Shown here piece by piece: positions 20,978-29,763 of a DNA stretch of 64,000 nucleotides. The first letter of the stretch is position 1, and every line of letters starts with the position of its first letter. The translations under genes were made by a program, and so were the position numbers. This DNA is from Candidatus Omnitrophota bacterium (lineage in GTDB: Bacteria > Omnitrophota > Gorgyraeia > Zapsychrales > Fredricksoniimonadaceae). The notes beneath the pieces are model-generated. The model ran no database searches and was not told the DNA's origin. It worked only from the letters and a program-made list of their open reading frames with translations. The DNA is taken from NCBI GenBank assembly GCA_037131245.1, contig JBAXRK010000001.1, positions 88,385-152,384 of the forward strand, read 5' to 3'.

Positions 20978-21880
20978 TTACTTTCCGCCAAGCCCCGCCA
21001 TCGGATTATTCATCACGAAGTCAAGGAAGATCGGGGCACCAACCAGAATAAAGACCACCGGGAAGATGAAGAATAGCAAAGGCACCAGCATCTTAAGAGG
21101 CGCCTTAAGGGCCATCGCCTCCCCGCGCCTGAACCGGGCAATCCGCATATCTTCCGAAAGAATGTTCAAGGCCTCACTAACCGACGTACCCATTTTATCA
21201 GCCTGAATAAGCGTTCGGGCAAAAGTCGACAAGTCGGGAATTTCGTACTTCTTGGCCATATCGCGCAAAGCGTCACGCCGCGGCTTTCCCACACTGATCT
21301 CTTTAAGGATATTGTCCATTTCCCGGTTTATCACCGAGTCGCCGGACTTCTCCACCACCCACTTGAGCGCCATCATGAAGTCCAGCCCCGCGTTCACGCA
21401 AAGGCCCAGCAAGTCCACCGAATCCGGCAGAAGGCGCACAATATCGTCCTTGATCTTGCCGATCTTGGAGCGCAAGATCAGCTCCGGCCCCATATAGCCC
21501 ACCGCGATCGAGATAATAATGCCGAAAAACATCAAGTCCGGGGGCATGGTGTTCGGAAGCACCAAGAGCATTACCCCCACCAAAAGCACCTTGATCATCA
21601 TGAACGTCTCGGGAGTCATGTCAGTCTGGGAAATATTAAGGTCACGCACCAACCGTTTACGCATTTCCGGGCCGACCAGCGGCTTCACAATAACAGAAGC
21701 CGCGTTAAGCAGGAAAAACCGGTCTATTTTCTTTTTTTCCTCTTTGGGCTTGACCGTGATGGGCATAATGCCCAGCCCTTTAAGGTTCAGTGAGGGCCGC
21801 TCATCCTTGACCACCGGCGAAAGGCCGAGGAAAAGCAAGGAAATGAACAGAAAAATGAAGATCATGGCCGCTGTGAGCAT
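20978..21880 (-). CDS. tadC: Type II secretion F-domain (GspF/TadC-like) pilus platform protein
   Basis: The product is 300 aa with an ATG start. It has an N-terminal TM, a cytoplasmic T2SSF-like core (LPDSVDLLGLCVNAGLDFMMALKWVVEK...RRDALRDMAKKY...FARTLIQADKMGTSVSEALNILSEDMR) and C-terminal TM helices. It is the second of two paralogs, as in tadB-tadC pairs. Confidence 0.8.
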   Translation of the reverse strand: MLTAAMIFIFLFISLLFLGLSPVVKDERPSLNLKGLGIMPITVKPKEEKKKIDRFFLLNAASVIVKPLVGPEMRKRLVRDLNISQTDMTPETFMMIKVLLVGVMLLVLPNTMPPDLMFFGIIISIAVGYMGPELILRSKIGKIKDDIVRLLPDSVDLLGLCVNAGLDFMMALKWVVEKSGDSVINREMDNILKEISVGKPRRDALRDMAKKYEIPDLSTFARTLIQADKMGTSVSEALNILSEDMRIARFRRGEAMALKAPLKMLVPLLFFIFPVVFILVGAPIFLDFVMNNPMAGLGGK

Positions 21881-21895
21881 ATTAAAGCAATTTCC

Positions 21896-22753
21896 TCAAA
21901 TATCCTTAAAACTGCTGATCTTGATGATCAAAAACGTCCCTACCACCCATAAACCCAAACAGACCATCATCAGCGTCCGCCCCAGGTCGCTGGAGGTCAT
22001 GGTATGAAAATACCCCGGATTGGTGGAATTGACCATGAAAAAGAAGCCCACCGGGAGGCCGCTCATTACCAACGCCTGGATCTTGCCCTGAACGGTCAAA
22101 ACCGCCAGGCTTTCCTCTACCTTCTTGCGCTCACGGATATTACCCACAATACGGGTGAAAATGACCGGCAAATTACCGCCTGTCTCGCGCGCCAGCAAAA
22201 TAGCGCTGATCATCTGCTGCATGGAAGGCGAGGGGTTGCGTTTATAAAGGCGGTTGAACGCTTCGTCCATGGTAACGCCCATTTTGTTCTCGCCCAGCAC
22301 GATGCTGAATTCCTGACGGATCGGCTCGGGCATTTCCTCGGCCACCGCTTCCATGGACTGGATAAGGCTAAGGCCCCCGCGGAACGAGCTCGACATGATC
22401 ATCAGCGCGTCCACCAGTTGGCTATTGAACATATCGCGTCGTTTGGAAAGCAGCATCCCGGCATAGAAACGCGGCAAAATAAAACCAAGCCCGCAGCCAG
22501 CCCCCATAGCAATAAGCTGGAACCCTTGCGGCCCGAACATGTAACCGGCCGCGCCCAGGGCGATGGGGGCAATGTAATAAAGGGGGGTGATGCGCTTAAC
22601 ATCGTCCTGCATCAGCGAGCGGTCCATATCGGCCACCAGCTTGCTGGCTCGTTCCTTGTTCAAGTCCATATACAACTTGATAAAGAAAGGCACGCCGGAA
22701 TAGGCAAAAAGCGACACGAACAGGAACATCAACAGGGAAATGACGAAAAGCAT
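21896..22753 (-). CDS. tadB: Type II secretion F-domain (TadB-like) pilus platform protein
   Basis: The product is 285 aa with an ATG start. It has N-terminal TM helices, a T2SSF-like core (QLVDALMIMSSSFRGGLSLIQSMEAVAEEMPEPIRQEF...AILLARETGGNLPVIFTRIVGNIRERKK) and C-terminal TM helices. Confidence 0.8.
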   Translation of the reverse strand: MLFVISLLMFLFVSLFAYSGVPFFIKLYMDLNKERASKLVADMDRSLMQDDVKRITPLYYIAPIALGAAGYMFGPQGFQLIAMGAGCGLGFILPRFYAGMLLSKRRDMFNSQLVDALMIMSSSFRGGLSLIQSMEAVAEEMPEPIRQEFSIVLGENKMGVTMDEAFNRLYKRNPSPSMQQMISAILLARETGGNLPVIFTRIVGNIRERKKVEESLAVLTVQGKIQALVMSGLPVGFFFMVNSTNPGYFHTMTSSDLGRTLMMVCLGLWVVGTFLIIKISSFKDI

Positions 22754-22786
22754 TCCGGATCTATCCCGAGATAATATTAACGAGTG

Positions 22787-23149
22787 TTAACCTTGATTCG
22801 AAACATTGGCCTGGCTGTTGAAACAGCCGGCGGTGCAATCGAGCATCAGCTGGTTCCCGCAGCCGGACCCGCTGCTCTTACAGTTACGTTGAGCGAACAA
22901 ATGATCGTAGCAGGCTTCCGAATACCAAACGCCGTTCACCGAGGCTTTATCATCAAAAGCGCAGGCGATGGTATCATCGGGGCTGTACTGACGGCCGTAA
23001 GCGAACGTTTCGCTGGTGGTCGCCATCTGCCCGTAATAAGCGCGCTGGAAATACCCGCGAAATACCGTGAGCCCCCCAATGATCACCAGGAGCAGCAGGA
23101 TATATTCCATGACCGCAAAACCTTTGGCCTTTGAGCGCCTTTTGATCAT
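22787..23149 (-). CDS. Cys-rich Flp/TadE-type pseudopilin-like protein (120 aa)
   Basis: The N-terminus MIKRRSKAKG|FAVMEYILLLLVIIGGLTVF fits the G/xxxxEY Flp-type prepilin motif. The C-terminal domain has 6 Cys. GGGAGG SD precedes ATG 23149. Confidence 0.65.
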   Translation of the reverse strand: MIKRRSKAKGFAVMEYILLLLVIIGGLTVFRGYFQRAYYGQMATTSETFAYGRQYSPDDTIACAFDDKASVNGVWYSEACYDHLFAQRNCKSSGSGCGNQLMLDCTAGCFNSQANVSNQG

Positions 23150-23166
23150 TTTATCCGGCCTCCCGC

Positions 23167-25806
23167 TTAATTCTTGTAATAATCTCCGGTTTCAACAGGG
23201 CACGCGTCTTTACAATTGATGAATTTCATTCTCATACTGCTATCCGGCTGATAAGCATAATACTTCGCGCAAACCTCGGTAACGAACCCGCGGCGCACCG
23301 CGCTCGCCACCGCGTCGGCACAATCCATGCCGTACCTGTTGGTATAATCCTCGTCCTTGTTGACCATAAAGGAATTCGGAATGTAATACGTAAGGCCGCC
23401 CACTACCACCTTATCGCGGTTAAAACACGCCTCGAGATCTTTCGGCTTCGTGGGCCTATTGTCATACGCCGGATGGCCGGAAAGAATCGTCCATAACTCC
23501 AGGTTATTAAGGAAGCTCAGCGTTTTGCTCAGCCGGTCTTCATCCCAGCGGGTAATGCGCGTTTTCACGCAGCCAACGCCGTCCGCCAGCTCATAACAAC
23601 GCGTCGTTTCCCCACGCTTTTCGGTCTTGATCCAGGGGAACTGCTTCGCGTAGCAGGCTTTTGAATTATCCCCGCCGCGCTCATTGATCCACCAGCGGCA
23701 GCGCTTGGGCGTCGCCAATTCCACCTTGACCAGGTGGCGGTAGCCGCGCTGTTTACCCACATTGGCCGATTGCCAACCGTAAATGACATACGGGCTGATC
23801 GCCGCCGACTCGGTTTCCTGCGTGGCATCATAAGTCAACTTCGCCAAATAAGCAAGTCGATCGCCTTCCTTGGCTCCGGGAAAAATGCCCACCATCTTCT
23901 TTGACCCCATCATGCAATCCGCCGGCACCAGGGCCCTGGAGCAATCAAAAGCCAACATCGCGTGCGGAAAATGCGTCACGAAAGCTTTCGCCGGTACCGC
24001 GGCGGCCAGCAGGTCGGCCTGGCCATCGCCTGCCAGAGAAGGCGCGTTAAAATCCAGCGTCGCATCGGAATTGTAAAGCATCCCGTCAATAGTCGTCAAA
24101 CTGCTCTTGAGGACCTGCAAACTTGGCAACACACTTTCATTGGAAGCAGCCCCCGGGTTCCACAACAACTTCCCGTACTGCACGGGATTGGCCTTAAACA
24201 AGATCTGGGCACTCCAACCGGTGAACTTGGAGAAAACCTGCCAGAAATCACGCAAATATCCCACATTCGCGTCGAACTGATCGTTGAGCCACTGCCCCTG
24301 ACCAGCCGCGGTCAGCGCATCGCAATTACACAAAGAGCCGATACCTGCCTCATACGTCGCGGCCGCTTGAGAGGGATCCTGACAAATGGGCTTATCCACC
24401 GGGAGCCAATCGAAATCGCAACGAGTATTATGCGCCGCGAAATAATAAAGCGAGTTATCCGGATTCAGCTTGACATTGCGCATGCAAAAACGATTGTCCC
24501 CGGGACGCCAGCGGTTCTGGGTGGTCGGCACCGCCGCCAGCGTATCATCATCACTGAGCGCGGTCGATGACAGCGTGGCGCAGGTGGCGGTCAACCCGGC
24601 GCTGGGATTATAAAAGTAGCCGAGCTTGGCGCGATTACCAGTGAAAATATCCTTGGTCGCGCCCCCCAGATTAGCGTCGACCGCGTCTTTGAGCTTCCAC
24701 AAGAAAGGAAACAGATAGCCCTGTTCAGGCGCAGCATTATCTTGGGCCGCGTCCAGATCACGGAGCATCACCCGCTCCTTACCCAGCAATACAGCAACCG
24801 TGTCTTTGTCCGTGGCCCAAGGGGTCGCGCCATCGGTGGTTAATTTCCCATCTGACAGTACAATAGGGGAAACACAACGCAGTGCATCAAAATTATAGGG
24901 ATATTGCAGGTACGGTGTGCTCAATGGCTTGGTCAGGCAATCCGAACCAGCCTTCGTGATCCTGTCATTTTCAAAATAAAGTTTTTTATTACCCCTGTAA
25001 TAACAATCCGAATTGCCTCCGGGATAAACCGAGCAATCGGCCATGGTCTTGGTATCCATCCCCAGGTCCATCAGAAAATCTTTCATCTCATTGTAAAGCA
25101 GCGTGAACGCGATCGAATTGGTGTTAATATTCCCCAGGCGCGCGGTATTATGATAGACAAACCGGGAAACGAGCTCCTTACGGTCCGAACCAGCCAGGCC
25201 GGGAACATTGTACTTCCCGTTCTGGTTATAATCGAGCAGGTCGGGGATCTGCTCGGTATCCGTCTGGATCGCTCTGATCGCGGTTTGAATGGACGCTTCC
25301 AGGAACGCGTCCTCGGACGTCGTGATATTCTGCTGCTCCTTGTTCCACATCGCCGTTATCTGCGGCTGGATATAAGCCATCTGCAAAGCCAGCGTGGCAA
25401 CGGTCAAGACCAGCGCGATGGTCAAGGCAATAACGATCGTCGCCAGCGACACCGCCGCCGTCCCGATCCCTACCATCACGGCGCTCATGGCCACACCCGC
25501 GGCGCCGCAGGTAAAGATACACAAAACAATGATAACAATAATGAGGACGATCATGATAATGATCCCCAGCACCCCGTTCTCATCGCATTTCTCGATCTTG
25601 CCATCGAGATACTCGGCCATCTGCTTCTCCGCGTAACTGGCCATGCGCGACACCAGCTCGGCCGTAACCTGCGTGGCGGCAACCTGCGCCTGCGTTTTAA
25701 CCACGACCGAGCGGTTCCAGTTCATGACCATCGCCATGAATACCAGCGCCAGCGCGATGGCCACCATGAACATCAGGGATACCTGGGCTTTTTTATTATG
25801 CAACAT
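23167..25806 (-). CDS. Very large TadG-like membrane protein with a Cys-rich extracytoplasmic domain (about 879 aa)
   Basis: The N-terminus MLHNKKAQVSLMFMVAIALALVFMAMVMNWNRSV resembles the TadE/G-like N-terminal helix. A further hydrophobic block follows (GIIIMIVLIIVIIVLCIFTCGAAGVAMSAVMVGIGTAAVSLATIVIALTIALVLTVATLAL). After that come about 700 aa containing roughly two dozen Cys. The track start at 25809 is TTG, but ATG 25806 with an AGGAAAGG SD is preferred. Confidence 0.6.
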   Translation of the reverse strand: MLHNKKAQVSLMFMVAIALALVFMAMVMNWNRSVVVKTQAQVAATQVTAELVSRMASYAEKQMAEYLDGKIEKCDENGVLGIIIMIVLIIVIIVLCIFTCGAAGVAMSAVMVGIGTAAVSLATIVIALTIALVLTVATLALQMAYIQPQITAMWNKEQQNITTSEDAFLEASIQTAIRAIQTDTEQIPDLLDYNQNGKYNVPGLAGSDRKELVSRFVYHNTARLGNINTNSIAFTLLYNEMKDFLMDLGMDTKTMADCSVYPGGNSDCYYRGNKKLYFENDRITKAGSDCLTKPLSTPYLQYPYNFDALRCVSPIVLSDGKLTTDGATPWATDKDTVAVLLGKERVMLRDLDAAQDNAAPEQGYLFPFLWKLKDAVDANLGGATKDIFTGNRAKLGYFYNPSAGLTATCATLSSTALSDDDTLAAVPTTQNRWRPGDNRFCMRNVKLNPDNSLYYFAAHNTRCDFDWLPVDKPICQDPSQAAATYEAGIGSLCNCDALTAAGQGQWLNDQFDANVGYLRDFWQVFSKFTGWSAQILFKANPVQYGKLLWNPGAASNESVLPSLQVLKSSLTTIDGMLYNSDATLDFNAPSLAGDGQADLLAAAVPAKAFVTHFPHAMLAFDCSRALVPADCMMGSKKMVGIFPGAKEGDRLAYLAKLTYDATQETESAAISPYVIYGWQSANVGKQRGYRHLVKVELATPKRCRWWINERGGDNSKACYAKQFPWIKTEKRGETTRCYELADGVGCVKTRITRWDEDRLSKTLSFLNNLELWTILSGHPAYDNRPTKPKDLEACFNRDKVVVGGLTYYIPNSFMVNKDEDYTNRYGMDCADAVASAVRRGFVTEVCAKYYAYQPDSSMRMKFINCKDACPVETGDYYKN

Positions 25807-25818
25807 CAAAGGCCTTTC

Positions 25819-26082
25819 CTATTTTTTGAACAGGGCCGCGTCGATCGGCCGCGGCTGATGAAAATTAGGGTTCAACTGTTTTTCCACATCGAACGTTTCA
25901 TAGATCCCGCCGCCAAAATTAATATACGTGTTCGAGGTCAACACCTGCTCATGATCGTAGCGCCGTTCCGCCAGGTCCACCATGGACCAGCGCACGGTCT
26001 GGATCATCCCGAACACAAGGACCATCAGGACAATGCAGGCAAAACAAAATTCGATCATGGCTTGCGCGCGGGTATTGTTCAT
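25819..26082 (-). CDS. TadE-like pseudopilin (87 aa)
   Basis: The N-terminus MNNTRAQAMIEFCFACIVLMVLVFGMIQ matches a TadE-like N-terminus, with a Glu 5 residues after the A|Q position. Its ATG overlaps the upstream stop codon (ATGA). Confidence 0.6.
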   Translation of the reverse strand: MNNTRAQAMIEFCFACIVLMVLVFGMIQTVRWSMVDLAERRYDHEQVLTSNTYINFGGGIYETFDVEKQLNPNFHQPRPIDAALFKK

Positions 26083-27647
26083 TTAAGCCCCAGCGTTGAC
26101 TTTAACTCCCCGACATCGTTATTGCTGATCCACATCTTGCCGCGATTATCGCGGATACGGCTGCGGATGAACAGCGTGCGGCTATTCATGTCGAAACAGG
26201 TCTTGAGGACATTTTTCTCTTTCATGCAACAGCCGCCCTGGCCGACCGGGGTTAATTCCGGCCAAATGCTGCCATCTGGGTTGTCGGTCTCGTTCTGGCA
26301 GGCCACTTCCACGGAACCACGCTCCTTATTATCGTAATACGTCTTCCAGACGCTGTTACGCTCCATGAAACTCCAGGGCCAGGTCATGCGGCGGTTCAAT
26401 TGCCACACACGAGAAATAATATCGAGCGTACGCTTCTTGTTAACGCTCATCACCAGTTTATCCGTACCGGGCACGAACGCACGGCCGCGGCGGATCTCCA
26501 TGACCGTTCCATCCTCGACCTGCGTATAAATATTCGACTCCATCTTAAGCCCCGACGCATCATCCGGATTGCTCCAGCCATCGACCGGCTCCCCGCCCAT
26601 ATCGCCGCCTTGAGGGTCCTGGATCAACAGATCGACCACTTTGTCGGGAAGGCACACGTCCTTTGCCAGGTTACCATACAACACCGCATTATTCTCAACG
26701 GTTGGAAAAACCAGCTCATCCTGACGGTCGCCGTTCACGTCCACGTAAAAATAGTCAACACTATCGTCTAACGCTTTTTGTGTCAAATTCTTGACCGGAA
26801 TATCGCCTTTGACCGGAGTCACATTCGCCCATTTCCATAAAGCCTGGTCCATGCGCGTATTACGCGTTTCCGCCATGCTCCAAAGATCGTCGCTGGTCAC
26901 CGGAACCGTCGCCCCGCCGGTGATCGTGTAATTACGATTATAGTTGTACTGCCAGTCAAAAGCAGATCCGTTAGCGAGGGTTTCATTGCTTTCCCAGCCA
27001 TTATTGCCGCGGGCCAGGTTAAGAAAGTACGTGGGTTGTACTTGATCCGCGGGCCACTCATAGGCCAGGCGCTTGTCGGCCTCGGGATCATCCGGCAGAT
27101 GGATCCCGTCCTCGCAAGCTGTACTGGAATCTTTGATCCGGGAGCGGGTCACCGTTCCATCGGAATGACGATGCAACCGCAAATAATACGCGGAACTAAG
27201 GTTGAATTCAAACTTCTGGCCATTGATCTGCACATCATAAACCGGAATGGACGTATTCCTGGGGTCTTTGCCCGAAAAATCCATATTGGGTTCCATATCA
27301 GGCCAGGTGATAGTGTACATCAACCCGATGCTCAGCGAGCCGGTGCCCGACATGATGGCCGGACGGCGGTCGATCGCGCCGTATTTCGCCGCGCCGGGGG
27401 ATATCTGATCCTGCAAAATAAAAAGGCTGACAGAATTGCGTTTGTACGTGGAAGACGCCGCGAGAGACCCGTAATGCGTCGCCTGATACGACTTGAGCAG
27501 CGCCATGCGCAGCGGCTGCAGCTGGCTCTGCTGATATTGAATGGTCGCGTACCCCTGCTGGAAAATAGACCCCAGCAAAAAAATAAAAATTGAGCCGAAA
27601 ACGGCCAATTCAATAATAGACTGGGCTTTTCGTGACAACGGACGCAT
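26079..27647 (-). CDS. Large TadE/TadF-like pseudopilin-type protein (522 aa)
   Basis: The N-terminus MRPLSRKAQSIIELAVFGSIFIFLLGSIFQQGY has a basic n-region, A|QSIIE, and one hydrophobic helix. About 480 aa of soluble, Trp/Asn/Asp-rich domain follow. AAGGGAG SD precedes the start. Confidence 0.55.
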   Translation of the reverse strand: MRPLSRKAQSIIELAVFGSIFIFLLGSIFQQGYATIQYQQSQLQPLRMALLKSYQATHYGSLAASSTYKRNSVSLFILQDQISPGAAKYGAIDRRPAIMSGTGSLSIGLMYTITWPDMEPNMDFSGKDPRNTSIPVYDVQINGQKFEFNLSSAYYLRLHRHSDGTVTRSRIKDSSTACEDGIHLPDDPEADKRLAYEWPADQVQPTYFLNLARGNNGWESNETLANGSAFDWQYNYNRNYTITGGATVPVTSDDLWSMAETRNTRMDQALWKWANVTPVKGDIPVKNLTQKALDDSVDYFYVDVNGDRQDELVFPTVENNAVLYGNLAKDVCLPDKVVDLLIQDPQGGDMGGEPVDGWSNPDDASGLKMESNIYTQVEDGTVMEIRRGRAFVPGTDKLVMSVNKKRTLDIISRVWQLNRRMTWPWSFMERNSVWKTYYDNKERGSVEVACQNETDNPDGSIWPELTPVGQGGCCMKEKNVLKTCFDMNSRTLFIRSRIRDNRGKMWISNNDVGELKSTLGLK

Positions 27648-27670
27648 TGACGCCTGGCTCCCTTTAGCCG

Positions 27671-27994
27671 TTAATAATGCCCTATCTGAGTGACCCCGTT
27701 CTTGGTCTCTTTGGACGATGAGGAATCCGAACGGGCGGTGTAATAACCGGCAGCCCCGTCCTTGGACGCCTTGATGACCTGCAAGCGCGATTCCGAATTC
27801 GACTGCATGCCGTGCGTGATCACGCTATTGGTCTTGTCGAGGTCATACTGCTCGCCGATGCCGTCCACCGATTCTTTCCAATGGCCCTGCACGCCGCGTT
27901 TGATATACATTTGCATCGTCAGCAAAGCCGCAATGATCACGATCAGCAGGATCACGTACTCCATCAGGCTCTGCCCGCGCGTTGAAGGTCGCAT
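27671..27994 (-). CDS. Flp-type prepilin paralog 7 (107 aa)
   Basis: The sequence reads MRPSTRG|QSLMEYVILLIVIIAALLTMQMYIKRGVQGHWKESVDGIGEQYD. AAGGGGGA SD precedes the start. The track start at 28000 is TTG, and ATG 27994 is preferred. Confidence 0.7.
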   Translation of the reverse strand: MRPSTRGQSLMEYVILLIVIIAALLTMQMYIKRGVQGHWKESVDGIGEQYDLDKTNSVITHGMQSNSESRLQVIKASKDGAAGYYTARSDSSSSKETKNGVTQIGHY

Positions 27995-27996
27995 GA

Positions 27997-28320
27997 TCAA
28001 TCCCCCTTTGTGAAGCCCATGTTCGTATACGAGTTGCTGGTCGTCAATGTTTCTCTGTACGTTTGCGTATCTTTCGCGCCGAAATAATCGTGCGTTATAT
28101 CCTGCCCGCTCTGCTGGGTGCTCGAATTCTGGCTTTCCGTGTACCCCTGCTCCGTATTCTGCTCCGACTGTTTCTGCTCCCCGATCTGGTCCGCTCCGGC
28201 TTTGATCAGGCTCTGCAAGCCGCGCCTGAACATCGGCGTCATCGTGGAAGCGACCACGGCAATGATCGTCAACAGCACCATATATTCGGCTAAACTCTGC
28301 GCTTTGGCCTTTTTTAACAT
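27997..28320 (-). CDS. Flp-type prepilin paralog 6 (107 aa)
   Basis: The sequence reads MLKKAKA|QSLAEYMVLLTIIAVVASTMTPMFRRGLQSLIKAGADQIGEQ. It has the same architecture as its neighbours. Confidence 0.7.
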   Translation of the reverse strand: MLKKAKAQSLAEYMVLLTIIAVVASTMTPMFRRGLQSLIKAGADQIGEQKQSEQNTEQGYTESQNSSTQQSGQDITHDYFGAKDTQTYRETLTTSNSYTNMGFTKGD

Positions 28321-28327
28321 AGCCGCC

Positions 28328-28678
28328 TCACTGGGACAAACCCGGTTGCAGCTGATTGCTCACGTAAAAGGTCCCCGATTCCGACTCCATGGTGCGATTG
28401 ATCTCCCCGCCGGCGATCCCGCGTGAGCGGTCCGCCTTCGAGCTGTTGGTCCTCGACGACGTCATCGTATAGTACGGCTCGTACTCCGCTCTCACTTTCG
28501 TCCCCAGCGCGGCTGAAGCGTCAGCCATGATCTTGCGCTGGCCGTCGTAGACCCGCGCCTGGAACGCCCGCCGTAAATAAACGGTCATCACCGATAAAGC
28601 CCCGACCATCAAAATAGCGGCCAGAACGTATTCACCACTGACGGCCTGCCCTTTTTTGGACCTGAAATTTTTCAGCAT
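28328..28678 (-). CDS. Flp-type prepilin paralog 5 (116 aa)
   Basis: The sequence reads MLKNFRSKKG|QAVSGEYVLAAILMVGALSVMTVYLRRAFQARVYD. AGGAG SD lies 4 nt before ATG 28678. The 138-aa track ORF is an upstream extension that runs through a terminator hairpin. Confidence 0.7.
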   Translation of the reverse strand: MLKNFRSKKGQAVSGEYVLAAILMVGALSVMTVYLRRAFQARVYDGQRKIMADASAALGTKVRAEYEPYYTMTSSRTNSSKADRSRGIAGGEINRTMESESGTFYVSNQLQPGLSQ

Positions 28679-28692
28679 ATTACTCCTGCTGT

Positions 28693-28734
28693 AAAACAAA
28701 CGAGGGCCTGCGCGCCACGCGCGCAAGGCCCTCG
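28693..28734 (-). terminator. Strong intrinsic terminator/attenuator inside the pilin array, between paralogs 4 and 5
   Basis: The minus-strand RNA reads CGAGGGCCUUGCGCGC-gug-GCGCGCAGGCCCUCG followed by UUUGUUUU. The stem is about 15 bp and GC-rich with one bulged U. The SD and ATG of the next pilin gene follow about 15 nt later. Confidence 0.65.
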
Positions 28735-28747
28735 GAAACAACAACCG

Positions 28748-29077
28748 TTACATACCCAGGTCTTTCAGGTTATCACCTTTTTCCGCGTTAAACTCGATGT
28801 TCGAGTACACATTCGTCGTCATTTCACCTCCGGCCAGCGTGCCGCTGTCCGTTGTTCCTTTGAGGCTATTGTTGTACGTGTTGCTTCTGGTCTTCGTTTC
28901 CTTGTAATAATTGGACGACGCGCCGTACTGTTCGCCGATATCATCGGTGGAGCTCTTCAAACGGCCCTGCACACCTCTTTTAACATAGGTCTGCAAGCTC
29001 AGGAGCGCCGCGATGATAATGATGATCAGGATCGCGTATTCCAGCGTGCTCTGCCCTTTTTTATTTTTTTTCATCAT
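28748..29077 (-). CDS. Flp-type prepilin paralog 4 (109 aa)
   Basis: The sequence reads MMKKNKKG|QSTLEYAILIIIIIAALLSLQTYVKRGVQGRLKSSTDDIGEQYG. A GGAGA SD precedes the start, and a strong terminator hairpin follows the gene. Confidence 0.75.
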   Translation of the reverse strand: MMKKNKKGQSTLEYAILIIIIIAALLSLQTYVKRGVQGRLKSSTDDIGEQYGASSNYYKETKTRSNTYNNSLKGTTDSGTLAGGEMTTNVYSNIEFNAEKGDNLKDLGM

Positions 29078-29127
29078 ATGCTTGTCTCCGTAATTAGCAT
29101 TCTTTATTAAACAGCCTCACGTTCTTA

Positions 29128-29484
29128 TTACCAGCCAGACTGATCGGTATTGCTGTACTCGACGCGATCCACCTGGTCTCTCTTGTTCGTATTGGTGCTC
29201 ACTTCGCCCGTCACGCTGGAACCGGACTTGCGGTTGACATCCGATGACACCTTATCCGTCTTTTCCGTACTGTTGGAATAATACGGCTCATACTGCAGCG
29301 TCGTTCCGATCCCGACATCGTTCCCGGACGATGTTGCCATGTACTTGCTCGTATCGCGCACGCGCGCCTGAAGGGCACGCTGGGCATACGTCTGCATCGC
29401 CACCACGCCACCAATAACCAGCGCGATCAAAATGGCGTATTCCGCCGTGTTCTGCGCCTTCTTGTTACGAATATTTTTCAACAT
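29128..29484 (-). CDS. Flp-type prepilin paralog 3 (118 aa)
   Basis: The sequence reads MLKNIRNKKA|QNTAEYAILIALVIGGVVAMQTYAQRALQARVRD. An AAAGGAGA SD precedes the start. Confidence 0.7.
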   Translation of the reverse strand: MLKNIRNKKAQNTAEYAILIALVIGGVVAMQTYAQRALQARVRDTSKYMATSSGNDVGIGTTLQYEPYYSNSTEKTDKVSSDVNRKSGSSVTGEVSTNTNKRDQVDRVEYSNTDQSGW

Positions 29485-29539
29485 AGATTTCTCCTTTTAA
29501 CTCATTTAAGATACACGTTTCTTCATCATCCGCCTGTGA

Positions 29540-29728
29540 TCACTGGAACGTGTCCGTCAGCTTGCCCGACACAGTCTCCATGGCGCCCGTTGTCGTGTTC
29601 AGCGTCTTGTTAAGCGACGACTTGAACGGCGAACCGGGGGACACCAAAAACGCGACGATCGCCACCACGACGGCCGTCATCAGGATGATGTACTCAAGGG
29701 TACTTTGCCCTCTCTTGTTCTTTAACAT
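29540..29728 (-). CDS. Flp-type prepilin paralog 2 (62 aa, classic Flp size)
   Basis: The sequence reads MLKNKRG|QSTLEYIILMTAVVVAIVAFLVSPGS.... GGAGG SD lies 7 nt before ATG 29728. The 111-aa track ORF is an upstream extension. Confidence 0.75.
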   Translation of the reverse strand: MLKNKRGQSTLEYIILMTAVVVAIVAFLVSPGSPFKSSLNKTLNTTTGAMETVSGKLTDTFQ

Positions 29729-29763
29729 TGTCGTTCCTCCGTTGAACTGTAGATGAATGATAA

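Noticed and set aside
22004-22774. A 256-aa plus-strand ORF. Similar antisense ORFs are at 33502-34386, 36690-37478, 37866-38648, 43875-44855, 44558-45244, 51284-52189 and 60023-60613.
   Set aside because: All lie fully within well-supported minus-strand genes (tadB-like, CNNM/crcB, cysI/J, GT39, deacetylase, kinase, MacA-like). All have arginine-rich shadow-frame composition.
24904-26337. A 477-aa plus-strand ORF, together with neighbours such as 23962-24570 and 27036-27593.
   Set aside because: It lies antisense to the TadG-like, TadE-like and TadF-like genes. Its translation is R/H/Q/G/D-rich low-complexity sequence with no motifs and no SD. This is a typical shadow ORF of a GC-rich coding strand.
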